Source of the DNA: Candidatus Zixiibacteriota bacterium
GTDB taxonomy: Bacteria; Zixibacteria; MSB-5A5; WJJR01
Direction: 5' to 3'
DNA length: 64,000 nt
Assembly: GCA_016235085.1 (NCBI GenBank)
Contig: JACRMA010000043.1
Span: 7,327-71,326 of the forward strand
Positions 46,243 through 55,519 of this stretch are shown here, one piece after another. Position 1 is the stretch's first letter, and the number at the start of each line of letters is the position of its first letter. Both the position numbers and the translations under genes were made by a program. Under the pieces are notes generated by a model, which saw only the letters and a list, made by a program, of their open reading frames with translations, ran no database searches and was not told the DNA's origin.

Positions 46243-46497
46243 ATGCGTGTCCGGTACATTTTGAGCATGGAGAACCTTCGGGTTCATGGCGAGCTGATTG
46301 AGAGCCTCGTGGTCGATTGGGAAGACGACACGAGCCACGAAGAGATCATGAAGCAATCGCAGAAGTGGATCACGTCGCGGAATTTCCTGACCGACCGGAT
46401 GAACGGTTTGACGGAAGTTGGGGAATCGTCGCTGACAATTGAGCCGATCGATGCGGAAGCGGTCAATGGGATTCAAGAGTTGAGCACATCACCATGA
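46243..46497 (+). CDS. Hypothetical small acidic protein (84 aa), first gene of a three-gene translationally coupled cluster.
   Basis: ORF with AAGGA upstream, preceded by a nested hairpin, in a lower-GC region. Confidence 0.3.
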   Translation: MRVRYILSMENLRVHGELIESLVVDWEDDTSHEEIMKQSQKWITSRNFLTDRMNGLTEVGESSLTIEPIDAEAVNGIQELSTSP

Positions 46498-46826
46498 TTG
46501 CAGGGTTACTCGCCTATATTCTGGGCAATGTTCAGGTTTTCCTGGCGGCGGTGTGGATGCGTGTGGCGGCTCTGGATCAGTTGATTCAGGGCCGCTTTGG
46601 CATTATAGGCAAATTCCTCTTTTGGCTGACGGTGGCGTTCCTGGTCTTGTTTCTGATCACCAAGGCTGCGGGTTTCATCTTTCGAGTTCTCACGCTGGTT
46701 CTGATGCCGGCGGCGGTCCTCAGCATCGTGCTATTGATGCTGATGCCCTGTTGGTCACCGATGAAGACATTTCCCATTCTCACCGGGGCCTGCGCCCTGG
46801 TCACTTTGACACGACGGGCCATGTAA
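46494..46826 (+). CDS. Hypothetical small membrane protein (~3 TM helices).
   Basis: Hydrophobic segments; 4-nt ATGA overlap with the previous ORF. Confidence 0.35.
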   Translation: MIAGLLAYILGNVQVFLAAVWMRVAALDQLIQGRFGIIGKFLFWLTVAFLVLFLITKAAGFIFRVLTLVLMPAAVLSIVLLMLMPCWSPMKTFPILTGACALVTLTRRAM

Positions 46827-46838
46827 GGAGGATCTGGC

Positions 46839-47021
46839 GTGATCAAATTCCGGCGAAAACCCCGCCAATGCCCGATGTGCCGGGCGAAACTGGAACTTCT
46901 TGAGAAACGGTCCCGCGTTTTGGTGTGCCGGCATTGCCTGCTGGTCTGGCACGGTGACACGTTCGAACCGATCACCCAGAACGCACTGGGCTGGTCACAT
47001 TTCTACGACCTGTTCGCTTAA
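46839..47021 (+). CDS. Hypothetical 60-aa zinc-ribbon protein (CPMC...CRHC).
   Basis: Two CxxC pairs spaced for a zinc ribbon. Confidence 0.35.
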   Translation: MIKFRRKPRQCPMCRAKLELLEKRSRVLVCRHCLLVWHGDTFEPITQNALGWSHFYDLFA

Positions 47022-48160
47022 TCGGTGATGGTGTCGATGGTGCCGCCGCCAATAACGCGGTCGGCATCGTAAATGACCGCTGACTGTCCGCGTGTGATGG
47101 CGCGTTGGGGAGTTTCGAATTCCACTTCGGCGCCCTCGCTCGTCGGCAGAACGCAGGCGCGCGCGGCCTCATGCCGGTAGCGAATCTGCACCCCAGCGGG
47201 GAACGCGTCCGTTGGCGGCGGATTGATCCAGTTCAAGTTTCCCAGGAGACAGCGGCGCTTGTACAGGTCGGCATCATCGCCAATGGTGACTGTTCCTGAA
47301 TCCGGGTCGATGCCAGTGACATACTGCGGACGTCCGAGGGCGACGCCGAGGCCATTGCGCTGCCCGATGGTCAGGTACTCGATGCCGTCATGCTTCCCAA
47401 CGGTCTGTCCGGAGCGATCAACGATTGGTCCCGGCGTGCGCTCAACATGATCGCGCTGGGCGCGCTCCGCCATGAATCGTCCGAGGTTTCCATCGGCAAT
47501 GAAACAGATATCCCTGCTTTCTGGAGTCTCGGCATTGGGGAGTCCAAGCTCGGCGGCGATTTTACGAACATCGGACTTCAGCATCGCACCCAGCGGGAAG
47601 ATCGTTCGCGCCAGGTAATCGTGCGGCACGCCCCAGAGAAAGTACGACTGATCGCGCGTGGAATCCATCCCACGCAGGAGCGCCACGTCCCCATCTCCCG
47701 AGACGGATACCTGCGCGTAGTGTCCGGTGGCGATAGCCTCGCAGCCGAAGGCACTGGCCTTCTCCCACAGCGCCGGCCACTTGATCTGGATATTGCAGAC
47801 GGCACAGGGATTGGGAGTTCTCCCCGCACGGTATTCGGAGACGAAATTGCCGATGACTGTTTCCTCGAAACGTGCCGCGAAGTCTATTGCGTAATGGGGA
47901 AAGCCAAACTGATCGGCAACGGCGCGGCAGTCGGCGAAGGATTCCAGCGTACAGCATCGTCCGTCTTTCGCGTTGTCACCGCCGACACTCGCATGATCCC
48001 AGAGCTTCATGGTAATGCCGACAACCTCGCACCCGGCCTTGGCCAAAAGTACCGCCGCCACCGAGGAGTCAACCCCGCCGGACATGGCCACCGCGACCCG
48101 TCGCCCAACCCAACGCGCGCCGACAATCTCCCGGCACATTTCAGAAGTGACGGCCATCAC
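47018..48160 (-). CDS. mnmA: tRNA-specific 2-thiouridylase.
   Basis: PP-loop VAVAMSGGVDSS and GRTPNPCAVCN motifs. Confidence 0.85.
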   Translation of the reverse strand: MMAVTSEMCREIVGARWVGRRVAVAMSGGVDSSVAAVLLAKAGCEVVGITMKLWDHASVGGDNAKDGRCCTLESFADCRAVADQFGFPHYAIDFAARFEETVIGNFVSEYRAGRTPNPCAVCNIQIKWPALWEKASAFGCEAIATGHYAQVSVSGDGDVALLRGMDSTRDQSYFLWGVPHDYLARTIFPLGAMLKSDVRKIAAELGLPNAETPESRDICFIADGNLGRFMAERAQRDHVERTPGPIVDRSGQTVGKHDGIEYLTIGQRNGLGVALGRPQYVTGIDPDSGTVTIGDDADLYKRRCLLGNLNWINPPPTDAFPAGVQIRYRHEAARACVLPTSEGAEVEFETPQRAITRGQSAVIYDADRVIGGGTIDTITD

Positions 48161-48166
48161 GGGAAC

Positions 48167-49159
48167 TCAGACTCTCACCGGAGACATTTTGCGCAACCGT
48201 TGCACCTCCGCAATCACCGTATCGGCGATTGCGGCGCTATCGGTCGGAACATTCTCGCGACCAAAGGAGAATCGGATCGACCCACGCAGGTATCTCTCCG
48301 AAACGCCCATCGCCTGGAGCACATGGGATGGCATGGCGGCGCCGGTCATGCAGGCGGAACCGGTTGACACACAGATGCATTTCAAGTCGAGTGCAATCGC
48401 CAGCGATTCACCATCCACACCGCCGAAACCCACACCAACCGTGTTGGGCAGGCAATTGTCCGGGTCGCCGAAGAACTCGATGTCATCGAGTTGGTGGGCC
48501 AGACGATACCGCAGGTCCTTTGCCATCGCGCCAACACGGGCCGCCTCCTGGGGCGCCGCCAAAGAGAGCAGGTCGACTTTGAGGTCGTCCACATTCACCG
48601 GGATTTTCCCCATCGCCTGAACCGCATCGGTATGGAAAAGCACGCCGCGCTCGCGGGCGATTGTGGCGAGTTGCGCGATCGGATGGATGGTCCCGACTTC
48701 GTTGTTGGCGAGCATGACGGATGCGAGCCGTGTAGTCGGCGTAAGCGCGCGGGCGAAGTCATCCGGGTCAACGTGACCGCGGCTGTCGACCGGGAGGATG
48801 GTCACCTCAAAGCCGTGCCGCTGCGCCCAATCGGCAGAATGGGTGATCGCATGGTGCTCGGTCGCCACGGTTAGGAGATGGCGGCCGGTGGCGTCAGGGG
48901 CATAGAGGCTCCCGAAGATTGCGAGATTGTCCGACTCGCTGCCGGTGCCGGTCAGGATGATCTCCGACGGCTTGGCGCCGATGTACGCAGCAATCTGGCT
49001 GCGCGATTTATCGAGGAGGGCACGTGCCTGCTGGCCAAAGCGGTGGCCCGATGAGGGATTGCCGAAGACCTCGACGGCCGCTTGATGCATGACATCGGCA
49101 ACCCGTGGGTCGGTTCGGGTCGTGCTGTTGTGGTCACAGTAGATGATGCGCTGACTCAT
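48167..49159 (-). CDS. iscS: Cysteine desulfurase (IscS/NifS family) that appears to lack the PLP-binding lysine segment.
   Basis: Class V aminotransferase fold with the catalytic Cys loop STGSAC present. After KVDLLSL the expected SGHK...(~55 aa) is absent in frame. Paired with mnmA. Confidence 0.65.
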   Translation of the reverse strand: MSQRIIYCDHNSTTRTDPRVADVMHQAAVEVFGNPSSGHRFGQQARALLDKSRSQIAAYIGAKPSEIILTGTGSESDNLAIFGSLYAPDATGRHLLTVATEHHAITHSADWAQRHGFEVTILPVDSRGHVDPDDFARALTPTTRLASVMLANNEVGTIHPIAQLATIARERGVLFHTDAVQAMGKIPVNVDDLKVDLLSLAAPQEAARVGAMAKDLRYRLAHQLDDIEFFGDPDNCLPNTVGVGFGGVDGESLAIALDLKCICVSTGSACMTGAAMPSHVLQAMGVSERYLRGSIRFSFGRENVPTDSAAIADTVIAEVQRLRKMSPVRV

Positions 49160-49186
49160 GAAATCCTTTCCGGGATGTGCTCATTC

Positions 49187-49951
49187 TCAGGGCCGCCGGG
49201 CTCCGGCGAATTGCCGGCAGGCATCGATGAATGCGGCGAACAGTCGAATCGTTTCCGAATCCTGCGCACGCACCTCAGGATGCCATTGGACACCGACGAC
49301 GAATCGGTCGCCCGGTTCCTCGACGGCTTCGATGACGCCATCCTCCGGCGAACGGGCAACGACTTTCAATCCCCGGCCGATGTCCTTGATCGCCTGATGG
49401 TGGCTGGTCGCGGCCTGGAAGCGGGCTTTGGCGAGAACGGAATCGAGCCGGCAATTTCCAGAGACTTCAACTTCGTGAGTTTGCACGAAGAATCCGTCGG
49501 GACCACGCGAGTGGTCGCGCGGTTTCTGCGGCATTTGCTGATCGAGATCCTGGTAGAGTGTGCCGCCGCGCGCCACGTTGAGCACCTGTATGCCGCGGCA
49601 GACACCGAGAATCGGCAGGCCGACTTCATCGGCGGCCTTGATGGCGGCGAGTTCCACCGCATCGCGGGACGCATTGACCGTCAGATTGCCGACGGTGTCG
49701 GATTCGCCGAAATATTCGGGCGCGACATCCTCGCCGCCGGTGAGAAACAGGCCATCACACCTCTTGATGGCAAGCGGGACGAACTGCGGGGCACACTCGT
49801 TCGACAGCAAGACGGGGATGCCGCCGGCACGTGTGATTGCGGCGCCGAATGATGACGGGGACCATTCGAAGGGATACGGCGTCGGCTGGCGGCGCGCATC
49901 ATCGGCCGGTTTGCCACGCAGGGTCAATAGGATGATCGGTGATTGGCTCAT
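49187..49951 (-). CDS. Class I glutamine amidotransferase-like / peptidase C26 (gamma-glutamyl-GABA hydrolase family).
   Basis: GVCRGIQ catalytic Cys motif and VQWHPE. Confidence 0.7.
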   Translation of the reverse strand: MSQSPIILLTLRGKPADDARRQPTPYPFEWSPSSFGAAITRAGGIPVLLSNECAPQFVPLAIKRCDGLFLTGGEDVAPEYFGESDTVGNLTVNASRDAVELAAIKAADEVGLPILGVCRGIQVLNVARGGTLYQDLDQQMPQKPRDHSRGPDGFFVQTHEVEVSGNCRLDSVLAKARFQAATSHHQAIKDIGRGLKVVARSPEDGVIEAVEEPGDRFVVGVQWHPEVRAQDSETIRLFAAFIDACRQFAGARRP

Positions 49952-50035
49952 ATGTCTGGCTGCTCTCCCAGTAGGACAAGATCACACTCGTTTACGTGGC
50001 CCGATGATGGATGGTTGGCGGGACAATCAACCGGA

Positions 50036-51949
50036 TTAGAAGGCAAATAGGATCGACAGGTGTACGCGATCCGAACGTGGATAGCCCGGATGGATGACAC
50101 GGCGGGCATAATCGAGACGAAGCGGCCCCACCGGAGCGACATATTGCACGCCGACACCCAGCGAAATCAGCATATCCTTGAGAGTCACATCATGAAAAGA
50201 GTCCCAATTGTTGCCGGCATCGCCAAACAGGGTAAACCAAAACTTGCCGGTCATTGGAGTCCTCAGCTCAAAATTCGCGAGGGCGATCACGAGACCACCG
50301 GTGGGATTGCCCAGCGTATCGGCCGGACCAACGGAGTTCTCGGAGTAACCACGAATCGAATTCGCACCGCCCAGATAGAATCGGTCGGCCGTCGGGATGA
50401 GCTTGCCGCCGGAGTGCAGGCCGGCCCAGCCGGCACGCAACCGTGTGGCCATGATCGTCGGTGCGCTGATCACCTGATACCGCGCCCACGAGAAATCGAG
50501 CTTATAGAAATCGATGGCGCCGCCAAGGATTCCGCCGACGTAGTCGAAATCGATTCGCGTGCGGGCGCCGGACGAGGGCAGAAACAAATTGGGCCGGGTG
50601 TCACGTTCAAGGGCCAATGTCCCGCGCCGTTTGATCGTGATGCCGGCTTCATCGAGGAGTGATTGTCGCTGGTCTGCGGGAATCCCGTAGATGTTCACGC
50701 GCTCATACACCAGCGCCGACCAGACGCGATTGTACTTCCGGAAACGCCGTGTCACGTTCAGTTCCCCGGACATTTTCTCGATGCGGTAATTCTGCGTGGG
50801 CGACCGCACACCCGGCTCATAGGCCAGCGTCAGCGTGGTCGGCAGCCGGAGTCCGAATATCCAAGGCTCGGTGTAGCGGCCACTGAAACGGTGGTGAAGG
50901 ACGCGCCATTCAGTGATGATCACGAAGCCGGACTGCGCCGTAAGCGCCCATCGCCGCCCGGTGCCGAGCCAGTTGCGTGAACCCCACTCGACCGCATAAT
51001 CGAGCGTCAGGTCGCGGTCGGGATCCTGGCCGGCGCCGGTGTGGAAACCGATGTACGATGGCGGGCGTTCGACCAGCCGCACGTTCAGGTCGGCCACCCG
51101 CGAGGCGGCGCCGGAATTGGTGTCGGTGTACTCCGGGGAAATCCGAACCAGAGCGAACAGCCCGGTGCTGTACAAATCCTGCTGCTTCTCCACAAGGCGC
51201 GTACGTGAGTAGAGCTCGCCCGGCTTGAAGCGCAACTCGCGCATCACCACATTCAAACGCGTGCCCTTTAGTCCGTCGATGCTGACCTTGCCGATGCTGA
51301 TTTCCGAGCCGGATTCCAGTGTGAATGCCACGTCAATTGTGTCGGCGCGATGTGCGACTGTCGCCGCAATGTGCGCCAGCGGATGGCCCCTGTCGGCGCA
51401 CTCTGCCTGCATCTGCACGACAATGAGGGCCAGGAGAAGGGAGTCGGCCGGTTTCCCCCGAACCAGTTCATCGGAATATCGATGGAGCCGCGCCGCCAGT
51501 TCGGGAGGCGTGCCTGTTATGACCATCCCCCCCCAAAACGAACGCATCCCCTCTTCGACGAACACACGCATAACGGCGTGTCCGTCGTCACGGTACGGGC
51601 GGGCCATGACACTGACTCTGGCATCCCAATATCCCTGACGCCGGTACTCGCGCTGGATATTCGTCTCTTCACGCCTCAGCATGGTGGGGTGCAACAGTGG
51701 CTGGGACTTCAGGCGCAGCCGCGACCAGAAACCGGCCGGCACCACCTGCATCACGGCGCGAAGGCCCTTGGTCTTGATCGCTTTGTTGCCGCTCATTTCA
51801 ATGCGCGACAAGACGGGCCGCTTGCGCACCCATTGAGACAGCCACACCGCAGAGGTGTCCTGCGTCTGTGCCCACGCAGGGACGTTGGCCAGAAGTATCA
51901 GCACCGCGAGCACGGCGCTCATCGGGTATGAGCGTCTCAATAGTCCCAA
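50036..51949 (-). CDS. tamA: Omp85-family outer-membrane protein (TamA/BamA-like; POTRA plus 16-strand barrel).
   Basis: Signal peptide and a C-terminal bacterial surface antigen (D15) barrel ending ...HLSILFAF. Adjacent to a TamB-like gene. Confidence 0.75.
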   Translation of the reverse strand: MGLLRRSYPMSAVLAVLILLANVPAWAQTQDTSAVWLSQWVRKRPVLSRIEMSGNKAIKTKGLRAVMQVVPAGFWSRLRLKSQPLLHPTMLRREETNIQREYRRQGYWDARVSVMARPYRDDGHAVMRVFVEEGMRSFWGGMVITGTPPELAARLHRYSDELVRGKPADSLLLALIVVQMQAECADRGHPLAHIAATVAHRADTIDVAFTLESGSEISIGKVSIDGLKGTRLNVVMRELRFKPGELYSRTRLVEKQQDLYSTGLFALVRISPEYTDTNSGAASRVADLNVRLVERPPSYIGFHTGAGQDPDRDLTLDYAVEWGSRNWLGTGRRWALTAQSGFVIITEWRVLHHRFSGRYTEPWIFGLRLPTTLTLAYEPGVRSPTQNYRIEKMSGELNVTRRFRKYNRVWSALVYERVNIYGIPADQRQSLLDEAGITIKRRGTLALERDTRPNLFLPSSGARTRIDFDYVGGILGGAIDFYKLDFSWARYQVISAPTIMATRLRAGWAGLHSGGKLIPTADRFYLGGANSIRGYSENSVGPADTLGNPTGGLVIALANFELRTPMTGKFWFTLFGDAGNNWDSFHDVTLKDMLISLGVGVQYVAPVGPLRLDYARRVIHPGYPRSDRVHLSILFAF

Positions 51950-54900
51950 TTGAAGTGCACGTTGAGGCGATAGAGGTTGTCTTTGTCGCGGCTGCCGTCA
52001 AGGTACATGCGGCGGCTGAATCGGTATTCGAAACCGACTTCCTGGCCGGCGCCGACATCCAACGGGCTGCTGCCATAGAGATACAGATGAGGCGAAAACG
52101 AATGGCCCACGAGCACTTGAGTCATTTTGGGATCGGCGCTGGATGATATCTCGAGAGTCTCGATACCAAGCCTGCGGGCGGCGAGCCGCTGGACTTCGGA
52201 AAATAGAACATTGGTGGCCGCAAAACGCAGGCGGTCCGCCCAGGGATCCCGGGCGGTTGTCGTGTCTCCACTGCCGTAGGTCGTGTTGGCAAGCATGAGT
52301 GAGACGACATCCTGCTGGTTGTAAGGCGGCTGGGGCTGAATTAGAGGTTCTGACGCCTTACCGGACACAGTCAAGTTCAGGTCGATGACGTCACGTCCTC
52401 TCCCGGCCGACGCCTGTTCGAGCCGTGGCTGATTGATCCGGAAGGTGACGGCGATGTCCAGAGTGGGATCGGGAGCGTTCGGGTTGTCGAATGTCAGCAC
52501 GCCACGCGTGATGGTTCCCACTTTGTCGTACAGATAGACCTTGCCGCGGATAAACTCAGCGGTGCCAAGGTACACGGGCCGGCCGCGGTCCCGCATCACG
52601 CGCAGGTCCGCCGAGAGTTCGGCATCCATTTGATCATTGTGCAACCAGTAGTTCCCCGGCAGATCGATGGTCATATCCCAATTCCACAGGGACGTGTCGC
52701 TGACCGCCTCCACCTGTTCGCCGGAGAATGGCTCGCGGTCTTCGATGCGTTTCGGCGCGAAATGCCCGCGAACGGTCGGAGGGTTGATTCCGGTGACCGT
52801 CAAGTCGCAGTCTGTTTCCACGTAGAAGTCCTGGAATTCGAAACGTGCCGGGACGTTTCTCCCGGTCAGTTTGAGATTGTAGTCGAACACATTGTAGGCC
52901 AGCAGGCGGATGTAGCCACTGATTTGAATCTGCCCGCTGCGATTCTTGTCGCGGATCGTGGCGACGCCGCGCGTGACTTCGATCGTATCCTGGCGCAGGG
53001 ACAAATCGACTTGCACATCTTCAATGGGATTGGCGATTTCCACGGCTTTGATCGTCGCACCCCGCAGGAATGCTTCTCCCCGAATCAGTGGGACACGCGG
53101 TGTCCCACTCAGGATCGCGGAGATCGAAAATTGTCCGCGGACAGATTCGATTGTCTCCGGCAGATACCGTGACACAATGTCCAGTGAGGTCCCTGTGGCC
53201 GTCAGGCGCCCGGACAATGGCTGATCGAGAATACGGGCGGTCGGTTTGTCGAACCGCAACTCCATTGGGAGACTGCCGGCCACCTGGACCCGGTAGGCGG
53301 AATGAGTCAGTTCCAACTGGTCGGTGCTCAGTTGGCCGTCCTCGTATGACAGCGTACCCGACAGGTTGCCCAGCTGGTCACCCTGGTAGCTGAGCCCAGT
53401 GATGTGGCCATCGAGATCGAACTTGGGCGCCGCCATACTGCCCCGCACTCGTCCGGTACAGGCGAGTTGCCCCTCCACGTCGAACCTCGGATAGAAGCGC
53501 TCCCAGATATCGGCCACCGGCACACCTTCGACCTCCAGAACCATGTTGAGCGTTTGATCGTAGTTAAGACGCCCGTAAGTCTGCAGTGTCCCCCACTCAC
53601 TCTTAACTGAAAGATTCGAGAAGTTGAATCCCAGCGAGTCGGCCACGACGGCAACGGTATCGTTGGCGCTCAGCGTCTGGTCCTGGATGCGCGCAGTGAC
53701 CGGATACAGCCAGATCGGGATCGTGTCGGCTGACCAGTCGAGACGTCCCCGGCCATTAATGACTGCTTGCGCCGAATTCCACGCGAGCGAATCGAACGTG
53801 ATCATGTGTCCCGCCAGGGCCGCTTTGACCATGATCGAATCGACCTCCCATCCCCAGGCGTTGGAATTGCCAAAGCGCGCCTGCACGGTCCCGGTCGGAT
53901 GGGATCTAAAGTGAGGGACAAAGAAACTGGCGGTGAGCTGGCTCGTTCGCAGGTCGAATAGGCGTAGGGAATCGGACGTCAGGCGTCCCGCGACATCCGG
54001 GTCGGCAGTCAATCCGGACAGGTAGATGTATCCTTCGGTACGCCCCGCGAGCGAATCCACAAACACCAGCGAGTCCCAGGGACGCAGATCGTCACACCAG
54101 ACATTGAGCAGCAAATCGAGCGAATCGCTGTACGTGATCCCTCCCCCGCCGATCACGCGCGATGCGCCCCGTGCCATATAGAAGTCCTGCGCGATCACGG
54201 CATTGCGGGGAGTGACGTGGAGCAGACCGGCCGCGGTGTCGAAGGCGACATGGTTGACGTGCCCGGCATGGAGAGCCACGGTCAGGTCCATCGCGAGTGT
54301 GGCGTTGTTGAGCCCCTCCCCTGTCATGCGCACATAGCCGGAAAGATCGCTGGGGAGAGTCTCGGGTGCGAACTCGTTCAAATCGAAATGTTCGACCGTG
54401 CCGGTGTACTCGTACTTCGGTGGTGATGGTCCCAAATCAACTTTGGCCGCTCCGTGCCAGTTGACGCCGTTGATGGCGCCATCCAGCGTGTCGATGGTCA
54501 ACCGTGATCCGTTCAACATGAGGCGGAGTCTGACATCGGCGAGATTGAATCCTTCGAAGGTACCTGAGACGCTTCCGTTGGCCGTTGCGCCTGATTGGGA
54601 GTCCGGCAGTTTGATTGCGCCGTGGTAATCGAGCCGGCCGGTGAGCTTGCCATTGATGTACGGGTTGATGTCCGCAAGGTCCATGGGGGCTGTCTGCACG
54701 ATCCATCCCGTCGGCCCGCCGCTTCCGGACACATGGGATCGCCTGGTGGCCACCGATGCGGAGTCGACGGTCCAGGCGTCCCCGACACTCGTCAATAGTC
54801 CCGAGATCAGGATTGGGCCAATGTCCGGCAGTGAGGCTCTGATCTGATCAATACGGGCATCGAGCCGTTCGCTGGCGCGGTAGGCGGAAAGCTGCAAGTG

Positions 54901-55497
54901 AATCGAATCAGCAAGGGGAATCGAATCGTGACCGCGCAGAATCGTCCCACCGTTCAGTATCAGCGAATTCAGCCGGAATTCAAACAGTGTTGGATGAGAC
55001 ACCTTGTCGTCCACGGTCGCGCGAACGAACGAGCGAATCGTTTTGGTGATGGAATCGCGCGGGAGGTAGACGCGGAGCGAATCGATCAGCATGTTCTCGA
55101 CAATCCAGTGCCGCTTCCAAAGGTCGGAGATGTTGTATTGAACGGAAAAGTGCTTGATGGTTGCGAGCGTGTCCGGCTGGCCCCCCGTGGTCCGAATCAC
55201 AATCTCGTCCGCCACGATACCGGAGAAAGGATTGCCGCTGAGTTCGCCGATATCGACGGCGAGCGTGGTCTTAACAGCCAGCGCCTGATTGACATAGGCC
55301 ATCACGCGGCGCTGGAGCCATCCGGAGCGGAGGACCCAGATGACCGAACCCGCGATTACCAAAATCAGAAACGCGAGGGATAGAAGCGGGATTTTGAATC
55401 TCTTGCGCACGAATGAATTCCACTTTGGAGGACGGGGGCCGGGCCTCGCCCAACCAATCCAGAATACCAAGTGCCGGGCGGCAGTGCAAGCCGCCAA
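51937..55497 (-). CDS. tamB: TamB/AsmA-like translocation-and-assembly-module protein (N-terminal TM anchor, long beta-rich periplasmic domain).
   Basis: 1186 aa with an N-terminal hydrophobic anchor (IPLLSLAFLILVIAGSVIWVL); 13-nt overlap with the downstream Omp85 gene. Confidence 0.6.
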   Translation of the reverse strand: MAACTAARHLVFWIGWARPGPRPPKWNSFVRKRFKIPLLSLAFLILVIAGSVIWVLRSGWLQRRVMAYVNQALAVKTTLAVDIGELSGNPFSGIVADEIVIRTTGGQPDTLATIKHFSVQYNISDLWKRHWIVENMLIDSLRVYLPRDSITKTIRSFVRATVDDKVSHPTLFEFRLNSLILNGGTILRGHDSIPLADSIHLQLSAYRASERLDARIDQIRASLPDIGPILISGLLTSVGDAWTVDSASVATRRSHVSGSGGPTGWIVQTAPMDLADINPYINGKLTGRLDYHGAIKLPDSQSGATANGSVSGTFEGFNLADVRLRLMLNGSRLTIDTLDGAINGVNWHGAAKVDLGPSPPKYEYTGTVEHFDLNEFAPETLPSDLSGYVRMTGEGLNNATLAMDLTVALHAGHVNHVAFDTAAGLLHVTPRNAVIAQDFYMARGASRVIGGGGITYSDSLDLLLNVWCDDLRPWDSLVFVDSLAGRTEGYIYLSGLTADPDVAGRLTSDSLRLFDLRTSQLTASFFVPHFRSHPTGTVQARFGNSNAWGWEVDSIMVKAALAGHMITFDSLAWNSAQAVINGRGRLDWSADTIPIWLYPVTARIQDQTLSANDTVAVVADSLGFNFSNLSVKSEWGTLQTYGRLNYDQTLNMVLEVEGVPVADIWERFYPRFDVEGQLACTGRVRGSMAAPKFDLDGHITGLSYQGDQLGNLSGTLSYEDGQLSTDQLELTHSAYRVQVAGSLPMELRFDKPTARILDQPLSGRLTATGTSLDIVSRYLPETIESVRGQFSISAILSGTPRVPLIRGEAFLRGATIKAVEIANPIEDVQVDLSLRQDTIEVTRGVATIRDKNRSGQIQISGYIRLLAYNVFDYNLKLTGRNVPARFEFQDFYVETDCDLTVTGINPPTVRGHFAPKRIEDREPFSGEQVEAVSDTSLWNWDMTIDLPGNYWLHNDQMDAELSADLRVMRDRGRPVYLGTAEFIRGKVYLYDKVGTITRGVLTFDNPNAPDPTLDIAVTFRINQPRLEQASAGRGRDVIDLNLTVSGKASEPLIQPQPPYNQQDVVSLMLANTTYGSGDTTTARDPWADRLRFAATNVLFSEVQRLAARRLGIETLEISSSADPKMTQVLVGHSFSPHLYLYGSSPLDVGAGQEVGFEYRFSRRMYLDGSRDKDNLYRLNVHFNWDY

Positions 55498-55519
55498 ACG
55501 GATCTGGCAAGGACATGGC

